Shown here piece by piece: positions 51,786 through 64,000 of a stretch of DNA of 64,000 nucleotides. How positions within the stretch are numbered: the first letter of the stretch is position 1; the number at the start of each line of letters is the position of its first letter. The notes beneath the pieces are model-generated. The model had not been told where the DNA came from. It did no database searches and saw only the letters and a list, made by a program, of their open reading frames with translations. This stretch comes from Squalus acanthias (lineage: Eukaryota). The stretch is taken from positions 39,122,001 through 39,186,000 of the forward strand of contig CM059441.1 of assembly GCA_030390025.1 (NCBI GenBank), given 5' to 3'. Made by a program: the position numbers and the translations under genes.

Positions 51786-54365
51786 AGACGTTAAACCGAG
51801 GTCCCGCCTGCCCTCTCAGGTGGACTTAAGATCCCATGGTATTATTCGAAGAAGAGCAGGGGAATTTTCTTGGTGTCCTGGCCAACATGTATCCCTCAAC
51901 CAACACCGAAAACAAATAATCTGGTCATCTAGTTATGGGGAATGAGCCAGAGCAGATTAAGAGATGTAAAAGTAGGGGAACATATAGGCAATAGTGACCA
52001 TAATATAATACGCTTCAAGATGATAATAGAGAAGGACATAAGTATGACAAAAACCAGGTTAATAGATTGGAGAAAAGCTGATTTTGAGTGGCTTAGAATA
52101 GAACTTGGAAAGATAAAATGGGCAACAATATTGGCAAACAACGATGTAGAACGACAATGGGAAACATTTAAAATGGTGTTCAACAGAGTGCAGGAAAAAT
52201 ATGTTCCACTAAAAGGAAAGAACAAGCTAAACACTAATGAGATTCCATGGATGAATAAAGACATAATAGAACAATTGAGGGTAAGGAAAGAGGCATACAG
52301 TAAGTACATAGACAGCAGAGGAGTGCATGATAAGAGAGAATACGAAGGGATTAGGAGAGAAGTCAAAAAAACAATTAGGAAGGCAAAGAGGAACTATGAA
52401 AGGTTGGGATGGGAATAGGGCCATTAAGGGATAGACAGGACAATACCACAGGCAATGATAGGGAGATGGCAGAAATATTAAATCATTATTTTGCTTCGGT
52501 ATTTACCAGGGAGATAGAACAGGTGGACATGACATTGGATGATGAGATGAGTAATGAGATAAGTGCATTTAAAATAAAAAAGGGGATATATTAAATAAAC
52601 TAATCAAACTCAAAGAGGATAAAAACCCCTGGTCCGGATGGATTGCATCCACGCATTTCAAAAGAATCTAGAGAAGAGATAGTAGAGGCATTACTACACA
52701 TATTTAATAATTCATGAGAAAAAGATGTAGTGCCAGAGGACTGGCGGATAGCTAACATAATACCTATATTTAAGAAGGGGGATAGAACATGTCCAGGGAA
52801 TTATAGACCAGTCAGCTTAACATCGGTGGTAGGAAAAATAATGGAATTCCTGCTAAAGGAGAGAATAGAAGAATATCTAGAAAACAAAAAGTATAATAAT
52901 GAATAGTCAGTATGGATTTCAAAAGGGAAAATCTTGCTTGACCAACCTTATTGAATTTTTTGAGGAGGTAAGAGAGCGAGTAGACAAAGGAATGCAGGAG
53001 ATGTAATTTATCTGGATTTTCAAAAGGCCTTCGATAAGGTACCCCATAATAGACCAATGAATAAGGTCAGAGAATGCGGAGTCAGGGGACAAGTAGCAGA
53101 ATGGATTGCTGGCTGGCTTCAAGACAGAAAGCAGAGAGTGGGAGTAAAGGGTAGCTATTCACAGTGGCAGAAGGTGGGTAGTGGTGTTCCACAAGGATCA
53201 GTGCTGGGACCACTGCTGTTCACAATTTACATTAACGATTTAGAATTTGGAATCAAAAACACAATTTCTAAATTTGCGGATGACACCAAATTGGGAGGGA
53301 TAGTCAATACTGAGGAGGACTGCAACAAGTTACAGGAGGACATTAATAAACTTGCAGATTGAGCATTTAATTGGCAAATGAAGTTCAACACAAATAAATG
53401 TGAGGTATTACATTTTGGTAGGAAGAATAGGGAGGTCACTTATCACTTGGAGGGTGCAAGTCTAGGTAGGGTAGAGGAATAAAGGGATCTTGGAGTATAA
53501 ATACACAAATCACTAAAAGTTACGCCACAGGTTAGCAAGGCCATTTAAAATGCAAACCAAGCACAAGGGTTTATTTCTAGAGGGATAGAATTGAAAAGTA
53601 GGGAAGTTATGCTAAACCTGTATAGAACCTTGATTAGACCACACTTAGAGTACTGCGTGCAGTTCTGGTCGCCATATTATAAAAAGGATAGAGGCACTGG
53701 AGAGGGTGCAGAGAAGATTTACAAGGATGATACCAGAAATGCAAGGGTATACATATCAGGAAAGGATGAACAGGCTGGGTCTCTTTTCTCTTGAAAAAAG
53801 GCTGAGGGGTGACCTAATAGAGGTCTTTAAAATTATGAAAGGTTTTGATAGAGTGGATAGAGAGAGAATGTTTCCACTTGTGGGGAACAGCATAACTAGA
53901 GGCCATCAATACAAGAGAGTCATCAAGAAATCCAATAGGGAATTCAGAAGAAACTTCTTTATCCAGAGAGTGGTGAGAATCTGGAACTCGCTACCACAGG
54001 GAGTGGTTGAAGCGAATAGTATAGATGCATTTAAGGGGAGGCTGGACAAGAATATGAGGGAGAAGGGAATAGAGGGTTATGCTGATAGATTTAGATGAGG
54101 AAAGACGGGAGGAGGCTCGAGTGGAGCATAAACGCCGGCATGGACTGGTTGGGCCGAATGGCCTGCTGCTGTGCCGTATAGCCTATGTAATCCAATGTAA
54201 TTTATTTCATTGCTGTTTGTGGGAGCTTGCTGTGTGCTAATTGGCTGCTGCATTTCCAATATTACTACAGTGACTACATTTCAAAAGTACTTCATTGGCT
54301 GTTAAGTGCTTTGGGACATCTTAAGATCATGAGTGGCACTATATAAATGCAAGACTTTCTTTCTT
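51786..54365 (+). mobile_element. SacSINE1-like SINE split by a CR1 insertion
   Basis: SINE sequence stops at ...ATCTGGTCAT (about 51929) and resumes TTATTTCATTGCTGTTTGTGGG (about 54202) through the L2-like tail. Confidence 0.85.
51930..54201 (+). mobile_element. 5'-truncated CR1 LINE
   Basis: SDHN end of EN, SGVPQGSVLGP, KFADDTKL and YRTLIRPHLEYC, with multiple disruptions. Confidence 0.95.
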
Positions 54366-54773
54366 TACAAGAATTTATCCCTTTGAATGTTTAACTGAAT
54401 ATTAAGTAAAAAATGAAATCGTGTCTATCAAACTATTCCACATATTAATTTGAAATTATGTATTGTATTGGAAGACAATTATTTTAGATTCTAAAGATAC
54501 CATTCAAGTCTTAGAACCAGTCTATCTCTTGATTTACACAGGAAGTGAGTAGGTCTCAGCTGCTGAAATCTTTGAGCTGGCTCATAATACTGAAGTCCCT
54601 AGATTCTGCTGGGGTTAAGGACTTTGCCAGTCTTCAACTTATTTACTTTGCCTTCAATTTAATTACAATTTCAGTTAGAAATGCTTAAATATTACAAGAC
54701 ACTTCAATTTAATTAAACCTTCAATTACAACTTTTAAATCATTTGCGTTACTTCAATTCACTTATTTAAGCTT

Positions 54774-56605
54774 TCATAGGAACAGGAGTAGGCCATTTAG
54801 CCCCTCGAGCCTGTTCTGCCATTCAATGAGATCATGGCTGATCTGTGAACTTGCTCCATATACCCACCTTTGCCCCATATCCCTTAATACCTTTGGTTAA
54901 CAGAAATCTATCAATCTCCGATTTAAAATGAACAATTGACCCAGCATCAACTGCCATTTGTGGAAGTGAGTTCTAAACTTCTACCACCCTGTATGTGTAG
55001 AAGTGTTTCCTAATTTTACTCCTGAAAGACCTGGCTCTAATTTTTAGGCTATGTCCCCTAATCCTAGATTCCCCAACCAGCAGAAATAGTTTCTCTCTAT
55101 CTACCCTATCAATTCCCCTTAATATCTCGAAAACTTCGATCATACCTTAATCTTCTAAATTCCAGGGAATGCAACCCTAGTTTAAAATACAATCCTCGTA
55201 ATTTAACCCTTGGAGTCCAGGTATTATTCTAGTAAATCTACGCTGCACTCCCTCCAAGGCCAATATATCCATTCCTAAGGTGTGGTGCCCAGAACTGAAC
55301 ATAGTACTCCATATGTGGTCCAACCAGGGCTTTGTATACCTGCAGCATGACTTCTAACCCCCTTGTATTCCAGTCCTATAGATATAAAGGCCAGCATTCC
55401 ATTAGCCTGGTTGATCATTTTTTGTACCTGTCCATGACATTTTAATGATCTATGTACATGGGCCCTAAGTCTCTTTGGACCGCACTGCTTCTAGGTTTTC
55501 AACATTTAGAAAGCAACCTGTTCTGTCCTTTTTAGGTCCAAAGTGGATGACCTCACACTTGCCGATATTGAAATCCATTTGCCACAATTTTGCCCATTCA
55601 CTTAATCTATTAATATCCTTATAATTTTATGCTTCCATCTACACTTATTTCGAAGAAGAACAGGGGAGTTATCCCGGTGTCATAGTCAATATTTATCCCT
55701 CAATCAACATCACTAAAACAGATTATCTGGTCATTATCACATTGCTGTTTGTGGGAGCTTGCTGTGCGCAAATTGGCTGCCACGTTTCCTACATTACAAC
55801 AGTGACTACACTTCAAAAAAGTACTTAATTGACTAAAGTGCTTTGGGACATCCAGTGGTCATTAAAGGCGCTATATAAATGCAAGTCTTTCTTTCTTTTT
55901 CTTTACACTGCTTACAATGCCGCCTATCGTTGCGTTATCGGCAAACTTGGATATGTGGCTCTCTATCCCATCATCTAAGTCATTAATGAATACAGTGAAT
56001 AGTTGAGGCCCCAGAACAGATCCCTGTGGGACACCACTAGTCACATCTAGCCAATTAGAGTACATGCCCATTATTCCTACTCTGTCTCCTCCCACGTCAA
56101 TAATTTGCCCTCAATTCCATGAGCTTCAACTTTAGGTAACAGTCTCTTATGAGGAACTTTATCGAATGCCTTTTGCAAGTCCATATAAATAACATCCATA
56201 GACATACCTCTGTCCACTACTTTAGTCACCTATTCAAAAAATTCAATCAGGTTCATCGTGCATGACCTACCCTTTACAAATCCATGCTGACTCTCTCTGA
56301 TCATCTGAAAATTTTTAAGGTATTCAGTCACTCCATCCTTAATTATAGACTCTAGTAATTTCCTGACAACAGATGTTAGGCTAACCGGTCTATAATTCCC
56401 TGGTTTCCCTCTTGGACCTTTGTTAAATAACAGAGTGACATGCAATTTTCCAATTGAAAGGAACGGTTCCTGAATCGAGAGAACTTTGGAAGATCATAGT
56501 TTGGGTATCTGCAATATTCTCACCTACTTCCTTTAAAATTCTGGGATAAAAACCATCTGGTCCTGGAGATTTGTCACTCTTTAGTGCCATTATCTTCTTC
56601 ATTAC
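54774..56605 (-). mobile_element. CR1 LINE fragment, interrupted by a SINE at 55646-55903
   Basis: KSPGPDGFYP, GNYRPVSLTS and SGVPQGSVLGP motifs on the minus strand. Confidence 0.92.
55646..55903 (+). mobile_element. 5'-truncated SacSINE1-like SINE nested in CR1
   Basis: TSD TACACT at 55640-55645 and 55904-55909, (TCTT)n tail. Confidence 0.88.
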
Positions 56606-56623
56606 TGTTAATGTGCTTACGTT

Positions 56624-56827
56624 AATCAACATAACAAAAACAGATTATCTGGTCATTATCACATTGCTGTTTGTGGGAGCTTGCTGTGCGCAAATTGGCT
56701 GCCGCGTATCCCACATTACAACAGTGACTACACTTCAAAAGTACTTCATTGGCTGTAAAGTGCTTTGAGACATCTGGTGGTCGTGAAAGGCGCTATATAA
56801 ATGCAAGTCTTTCTTTTTCTTTCTTTC
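56624..56827 (+). mobile_element. 5'-truncated SacSINE1-like SINE
   Basis: Matches the 3' half of 14530-14973, including the tail. Confidence 0.88.
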
Positions 56828-58074
56828 AAGTATTATCTAGTGCCTGCAGTTCCCAAAGATATGCTCAGCTGCAGCAAAAATAACTCCTGCAAGATTGCAA
56901 CGTCCTTTCACACCACACTCATAAATCCAAAGATGTGCCTCCGGTACTCCAATGAAAATAAGTTAGGCCTAGTCCAGGGGGCTCGTATGAATTTATACTC
57001 ACTTGTGTATCTGTTGCTCAGTGTCCAGGACCATCCCAAAGTTTACCAAAATTATCAGACTTTATAGAATCTAGACATTTGTTTCTGTGTTTTGAAACAG
57101 TAATGATAACACCACTCAACCTGTGACATGGTTTGGAAGAAGTCCACAGCAGGGTACATTTTAATGGCCTATTTTCTCATTTTCTATCAGTAGCGGAGAC
57201 AAGCAATCAGATTCAATGTAAATCAAACAATTATAGCTGCAAGTGCATAGTAATTTTCAATAGCATATCACATTATGTAGCAGATTTTCTATTCCCTGAA
57301 AGGGGCATAGATCATAAAAAAGTCAAGGCAAAAGATGATGAAACTATAATAAGCTGGTAAATTTCAACAGTCTACACATAATTTTAAACTTTGTTTTTTT
57401 GCAAACCTTGTGAAAGGTGAGAGATGTTAGTGCTAAGGAGAGGAGCACTTTCTATCATAGGCTCCCCGTGCCAGCCAACATCAACCACTCTTAGGTCAGG
57501 TATAACAGGTTATACCAATAACAGGCTCAACCCCAACCTTAGAAGAGCACCTGCAGCTGTCAGCCAGGAACTGAATTGAAAGCACCTAAACTCATTTCAC
57601 TCACAGACAGAAATTACTTTGATCTCATCAGTCTTGACTTGATTTGAACACAGGTCTTGGCGGTGAAAGGCTACTGACTAATCAAGTGCAGCCTATTATG
57701 CAGAAATGATTGCTAATTGCTAAAGATTTTGTAAACTGCAGTTAATATGAAGATTACTGGTGATGCCTTCAACAGTGCAGCACTGTAACATTTATAGCTT
57801 CTAATGAGCATCACTAGATGATAATAGGGTACTGAACACTTTAGAAAGAGAGATGCTCGTGTTTTGTAAGAGAAATGCTCTAAGAATTGTCTTAAATGTG
57901 TCCTCAAAATGGAGTCAGTTGTGAGACTGAATGCAATGAAAGGAAAGGACTAATGCTAATTAAACCACAAAGGCTTACACAAACTAAACATCAGGGATAG
58001 AATACAAGCTACCAAGACCACAAGCCTTGGTCATTAAGGGGGACATAAAAATGTCCTGCCTGATCTGGACCTGT

Positions 58075-58290
58075 GTTAGCTAAGTTTGGAACTCTCTTCC
58101 GCAAATGGCAATTGATACTAGGTTAATTTTAAATCTGAAATTGATAGATTTTTGTTAACTAAAGATATTAAGGGATATGAGGTAAAGAAAGGCGGGTATA
58201 ATGAGTTAGGTCACAGATCAACCATGATCTCATTGAATGGTGGAACAGGCTCAAGGGGCTGAATGTCGTACTCCTGTTCCTATGTTCCTA
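58075..58290 (+). mobile_element. CR1 3' tail fragment
   Basis: TGGAACTCTCTTCCGCAA ... TACTCCTGTTCCTATGTTCCTA. Confidence 0.75.
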
Positions 58291-59601
58291 AAGGCCCGAG
58301 AAGTTAGGAAGTAAACGAGCAACCTTGTCATGTCTAGGTGCTGGTGCTTCATTGATTTAGAGATCATCGACACCACAAGGGCTGTGTGAGGTGACTGACA
58401 CCAGTAGGACTGAGCTCTAACAGGTGTGTCACTCAGATTGATCAATGGAAGTTAGAAATTTACTTTGAAAAGTAAGGATATATAAGATGATGTTTTTGAC
58501 ACTCAGTTTACAGCCCTTAGTTTAGTTCTGTTCTTTTAGTAGTCTTTGTAGTAGACGGTATAGAGTACTTTGTCTTGTATATGTAAAAGAGTCTGTAAAA
58601 TTAGAATGTGCATCTCTGACAGAGAGAAAGGTTACATAGTTTAAGATTGTATGGATATACCAGGAAGCTACAGGCAGATATATGTATGCCACTTAGGTAT
58701 ACAAGTTTCCTTGCGATCAAGGGAGCTGAGATTTCAGACAGCTAGTCCAGATATAGCTACCAGCTTGGAAGATGAATTTACTCAGGATCAGAGGATCCAG
58801 GAGGAATGGATAGCACCTCGACAGTCGGAAGTTCATCACTCTGACGCCTCACAAGGCTAACAACATCCTCCCAGAGGAAGATGAGTCAACCAGCTCATCC
58901 ATGCCAGCTCATAGGGATGAGGTCATATAAATTCTGGAAAACTTGCTAACTATAAGCATATAGGCTTGAATCTATTCAATAGACTGGCCATCTAATGCTG
59001 TTAACTTGTGAGTTATGTAAGGAGTCTAATCCTAAATTCATCTCACCAATTTACATCAAACTCAGACACTGATCTCAACTGATCATCAGTAAGTAGTTAA
59101 TGCTGAATTACTATGACACACTGAACTGCTTTGTAATCCTTGTTATTTAGTCAATCAACCCTATCTCCTAATTATTTGCATACTCAATGTTTAAGTGCTG
59201 CTAAATTTGTTTAATAAACAGCTGTTAGTTTATGACTTGGTTGTCTGACTTCTTTGATAATGGCAGAAGAGGGTTCATTCATTCACTTAGCCATAGTGTA
59301 AATGCTAATTATAATCTGAACTGATTGATACAGGACAGTTTGGTGAGCCACATTTAGGCATCATTAACTCCTAGGTATAAACTGGGTGGTAAATAACAGA
59401 TGGTTCCTTGACAAGGAGTTAAGACGAAGGGTTAAAGATTTGTCTGGTGCCCTTGATGAATATTCTTGTTCGGGAATCGATTTGTGTTCTTGCAATGTGT
59501 TAGTCCAACTAAGGTGATCCCTCTTTGTGCTACAGCTAATACTGTTGTTAGGATTTTAAAATACTACCAGGCATAGAGCAGCAACAACACTATCATCTTA
59601 C

Positions 59602-59709
59602 CTTCAGTTGGGACGATCGTGGTGGTTTCTGAGGTGGTTCTTCGTAGGGCCGGTCTCCAAGAGATGCTAAGATTCGTTTGCGATGACCGAGTAAGGCTAT
59701 TTTCAGCAC
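59602..59709 (-). CDS. ANKS1A: ANKS1A exon, end of SAM2 domain ([36 protein letters not shown])
   Basis: 108 bp, phase 0/0, acceptor ttattttag and donor AAG|GTAAG. The SAM helix-5 motif LGHRKRIL and [13 protein letters not shown] match recalled ANKS1A. Upstream exons were not found and probably lie beyond the window. Confidence 0.95.
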
Positions 59710-61800
59710 CTAAAATAACACAAAACTTAATCATGAAAAAGAAATGATCATGCAGGAAACTGTTTATCCCACTTCACCATATGGGTGATCAATCAACTGA
59801 ATATCCTTGATGTTTGAACACACTTCTCAGATAAAGTCACTTCAGGGTGAATGAAAAATAGAGGTTGCAGGAAAACCAGTCCTTTCCACAACTTACAGCC
59901 AAGGCTGATAGATTCATTTGATAAAAAATGCTATTCAATAAGAATCACTCACAACCTACGAGCAATCTGCTCTTCACACGATTATGTGACCTTGCTGAAT
60001 TGACAGTTATACCAGATTTGCTTTCTTAGGAAAGCAGTAACCGAATGTTCAGTCACACACATACAAGATTCTATTTCATAGAGAGAAATCTCCTAGTTGC
60101 TTTACCTATGCTCCATCTTCAAATAACCAAAAATTAATCAAGTACTTTTACAGCCCTTTCGTGCTCAATGGCATCTATAGTTTTCAAAGAAACACAGGAT
60201 TTCAATAATCTATTCTCTAAAATTGCGGTTGAAATTAGTACCCAAATGGTTATATACCCTCATTTAAAAGAGAAACTTATAGTTACTATAAAATAGTGCT
60301 TGAATGAATGAGAGGAACCATCAGATGCTTAGAAAAAATGTTTACCCACTACTCAGTATTTCGGTTTCATTTCTGATTATATCAGGTTAGAGTGCTTACA
60401 TTTTATGACAAATTTCAGTGAAGTTAGTATAAAAGCTTTTCGGTACAGCTCCCTCTTTTGGGATGTTGCTTTCTCTTCTACCCTTGTTCACGTGCCATGT
60501 ACTTACTATCTGCAGCTAGGAAGTGGGCAACCTGGTCCCACGTGGTTTTTCCTATGCCAGTCTGAATTAATTGCTGGAAGATGTGGAAGAGCAGCTTTTG
60601 GGTGAGTCCATTCGAACTTTCCCAGGTTTCTGTAAAAGATCAACTGGGCTCCACTCATTGCTGCTCCACAGTGAAAACCAACTTAGCTCGGCTTATTGCT
60701 CCTCCCCCGAGATGGGTAAGGTGCAATGTAGTAAGACTGCAGAATGAATCCATGCCTCATTGGGTAGAGTAATCCTGGTCCAATGCATTTTGCCAGCATG
60801 ATGCCCCAGTTTTTCCACAACTTCAGTATCTGCATTGAATTCTGCAGCCAGATAAATTTGGCTGGTGCCAAATTCTCGAGCAATGGATTTCCTTCTGTGT
60901 TGCATGAATATCCTACAATACATGTGCCAGCATTTTGTAAAGTCAGACAAAAAGCAATTTTTTTTATTCATGGAATACTCTCAAGGCATTTTCTTGTTTC
61001 ATTTCTCATACACGGCAACCCAGCAAACCAGCTAAAGCTGACAAACAGTTTCAAAAAGCTGACACAGCTCCAAAAGGCTCATAACTCAAAAACAGCTCTC
61101 ATTATAAGCCTATGATATGTGAAAACAAGAAGCACACTGTTGTAACTTAAGCTATAAGTATCTACAATGTTTATTCATCTGTATTGTAGAAAAAAAGCAT
61201 GTGCATGAAAATCTGAAGGGGACAATAAAAATGTTGAAGGCACAAAATTGCGAGGCATTTCTGGGGGAGGGGGTCTGAGACAAACATCCTTGGAAAATTT
61301 AGAATTTTTACATTAAAATTATGTATTCGGCCGAACTTCTACTTCACAACTGATAGTTTTAAGTGGCATTTGGATTTTCAACAGACCAGACCATCACTCA
61401 ACCAAAAATGACCTGAACAACCACTCTTGCACATCCAACACTCCCACCTCAGTTCACAGGGATATTACCGTTTTTGGACCACAAAGACACTGTACTCCAT
61501 CCAACTCCTTACCCTTTCATAGAAACACTCTTATCTTCCAATCTTCCCAGTTTCGTTTTCCTCTCAAATTGATCTAACACTCTACACCCTCCACCCCAGT
61601 TCCAGTTGGTATTCGTCCACTTCCCATTCAAGCTGGCAATTCTTAACCTGCTCAGTTCAACCAGACATTTTGCTCCCCCAACCCCCCCAAGTTCAAGATG
61701 ACACTCTCCTTCCTCCCCCCGTCCCAACAGCTCACCCCCACATTCTCCCTTCTTCTCCCTCAAAGACCTGCTGCGTTTCTGTCCCCTTCCTGCCATCCAG

Positions 61801-63419
61801 TTAAAGTGTTAAAAATGGGATTCCCGACCTGAGCCCGCCTCCAACCTGCCCACTTCCGGTTTTGCCGGAGACAGGGTGGGTGACCAACTCACTCCCAGGC
61901 GGCGTTACCTCAATTTAAATATTGTAATGAGGCTGGAATCATCTTTATCCCCGTCCATTTTGATTTTAACTGCCTGTGGATGGGTTTCACACAATTTGTG
62001 AAACCCGGCAGTTAAACAGAGGCGGGGACTGCTGCATCCAGGAAGTAATTGGCTTTATACCTACCTCCTGGATCCAGGGTCCCAAACATACCCAGCCCCC
62101 GTGATAGGAGACCGCCCCCAACAAGGCCTCCGATCACCTTCCCAGGCCTCCCCACCACCTCCCACATGATGATGATGAGGTCAGCCACAATCCTCCGGTG
62201 GCTGGCCCCGATCCTCTCTTTCCCCCCAACCCTCGATCCCTGGTCGAACCCCTCCCCCCGACTCCTGCCGGTACCCTTCCCCGCTCTCACCTCGATCCCC
62301 GACCCCTGCCGATCCTCTCCCCCTCCTCCCGATCCCCGACCCCTGCCGATCCTCTCCCCCTCCTCCCGATCCCTGGCCCCTGCCCATCCTCTCCCCCTCC
62401 TCCTGATCCCCGACCCCTGCCGATCCTCTCCCCCTCCTCCCGATCCCTGGCCCCTGCCGATCCTCCCCCCTCCTCCTGATCCCCGACCCCTGCCGATCCT
62501 CTCCCCTTCCTCTCGATCCCCGACCCCTGCCGATCCTCTCCCCTTCTTCCCAATCCCCGACCCCTGCCGATCCTCTTCCCCTCCTCTCGATCCCCGACCC
62601 CTGCCGATCCTCTCCCCTTCCTCTCGATCCCCGACCCCTGCCGATCCTCTCCCCTTCCTCTCGATCCCCGACCCCTGCCGATCCTCTCCCCTTCCTCTCG
62701 ATCCCCGACCCCTGCTGATCCTCTCCCCCTCCTCTCGATCCCCGACCCCTGCCGATCCTCTCCCCTTCCTCTCGATCCCCGACCCCTGCCGATCCTCTCC
62801 CCTTCCTCTCGATCCCCGACCCCTGCCGATCCTCTCCCCTTCTTCTCGATCCCCGACCCCTGCCGATCCTCTCCCCTTCTTCTCGATCCCCGACCCCTGC
62901 CGATCCTCTCCCCTTCCTCTCGATCCCCGACCCCTGCCGATCCTCTCCCCTTCTTCTCGATCCCCGACCCCTGCCGATCCTCTCCCCTTCCTCTCGATCC
63001 CCGACCCCTGCCGATCCTCTCCCCTTCTTCTCGATCCCCGACCCCTGCCGATCCTCTCCCCTTCCTCTCGATCCCCGACCCCTGCCGATCCTCTCCCCTT
63101 CCTCTTGATCCCCGACCCCTGCCGATCCTCTCCCCTTCCTCCCGATCCCCAACCCCTGCCGATCCTCTCCCCCTCCTCTCGATCCCCGACCCCTGCCGAT
63201 CCTCTCCCCTTCCTCTCGATCCCCGACCCCTGCCGATCCTCTCCCCCCTCCTCCCGATCCCTGCCGAACCCCCTCCACCCCACCGATACCCTCTCTGGCT
63301 GGCTGCGGGTGGGAATCCAAGGCCTCGCTTTCAAATCAGGCCCTGCCGTTAAAGTTGGCAGGGCCTGCGGGAAACCCGGCCTCGGAGGACCCCCCGCCTC
63401 CCTTGAGAAAATTCGGGCC
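61801..63419. mobile_element. MITE-like element hosting the minisatellite
   Basis: Right end GAAAATTCGGGCC resembles other MITE termini in the window. The left TIR was not found. Confidence 0.45.
62290..63262. repeat. 37-bp GC-rich minisatellite, about 26 copies
   Basis: Unit CTCTCGATCCCCGACCCCTGCCGATCCTCTCCCCTTC (consecutive starts at 62621 and 62658). The 37-aa periodicity of the overlapping ORFs equals three units. Confidence 0.97.
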
Positions 63420-63871
63420 ACTACGCTTCAAACTGGCATTCAATCCAGTAATCTCGTTTTTTGTTTAATTTGTGAGATAATGCATAATTTCTGCCTGGCT
63501 ACAGGAATATTATTTTTGACAGTATCGGAATAGTATTTTTGATGACATTTGGATGTAGTGGTGGGAGGGGAAACTTTTGGACCAAAACGAACTACTCTGT
63601 GATACCAATTTGCATTTATGCATAACTGTTTTGCAAGAGCATAGATTCTACTGAAATGACTCTTGAAGGTTGCTTTCAAACAAGACAAATAGGTGTAGAA
63701 ACTGTCCGAGCATTAATTACGTTAAATTAGTGAGCAAGGGCAGTTGGTAGAAATTTACTTTCATCAATCTTCTCTACCATACCTTGCCGCAATTTGGTGT
63801 CAGCAGCAAATGTGGAAGTATTCTAGAATATACATCATGGGAACTCAGATCAAGCGCAAGAGCGTTCTGCT

Positions 63872-64000
63872 CAGTATCCTGGCCAATATTTATCCCTCAA
63901 CCAATATTACTAAAACAGAGTATCTGGTCATTATCTCATTGCTGTTTGTGGGATATAGCTGGGAAGCAAATTGGCTTCTGCTTTTCCCTATATTACAACA
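63872..64000 (+). mobile_element. SacSINE1-like SINE fragment running off the window
   Basis: ATCCTGGCCAATATTTATCCCTCAACC ... ATTGCTGTTTGTGGG. Confidence 0.8.

Noticed and set aside
11981-59709. Assignment to ANKS1B (AIDA-1)
   Set aside because: Diagnostic residues [27 protein letters not shown] and NLTYE match recalled ANKS1A rather than ANKS1B.
62290-63262. CRISPR-like 37-bp repeat length
   Set aside because: Units are contiguous with no unique spacers, there are no cas genes, and the context is a vertebrate intron.
62012-63533. Long Gly/Arg-rich and Pro-rich ORFs (379-494 aa) on both strands
   Set aside because: They result from a stop-free 37-bp minisatellite; their periodicity equals three repeat units.

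Overview
Vertebrate genomic DNA, most likely a shark or other cartilaginous fish, inferred from the repeat complement (SacSINE1/DeuSINE-like SINEs, HE1/HER1-like 3' tails, abundant CR1/L2 LINEs). The window holds the 3' part of ANKS1A (Odin) on the minus strand. Eight phase-0 exons can be read with GT-AG boundaries: the end of SAM2, the whole PTB domain, a Cys/His-rich cassette exon and the terminal exon ending STKYETTIF*. The rest is intron or intergenic DNA full of decayed, often nested CR1/L2 LINEs, SINEs, PIF/Harbinger-type MITEs and a 37-bp minisatellite. The most notable non-gene signal is a set of short Penelope-like insertions with 11-13 bp target-site duplications. They carry minimal type I hammerhead-ribozyme motifs, three are arranged as inverted pairs, and the helices show compensatory changes between copies. 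Also flagged: no recognisable SAM2-PTB linker exon (two novel in-frame candidates) and three AG|GT recursive-splice-like sites. All family and orthology names come from recall; no database was searched.
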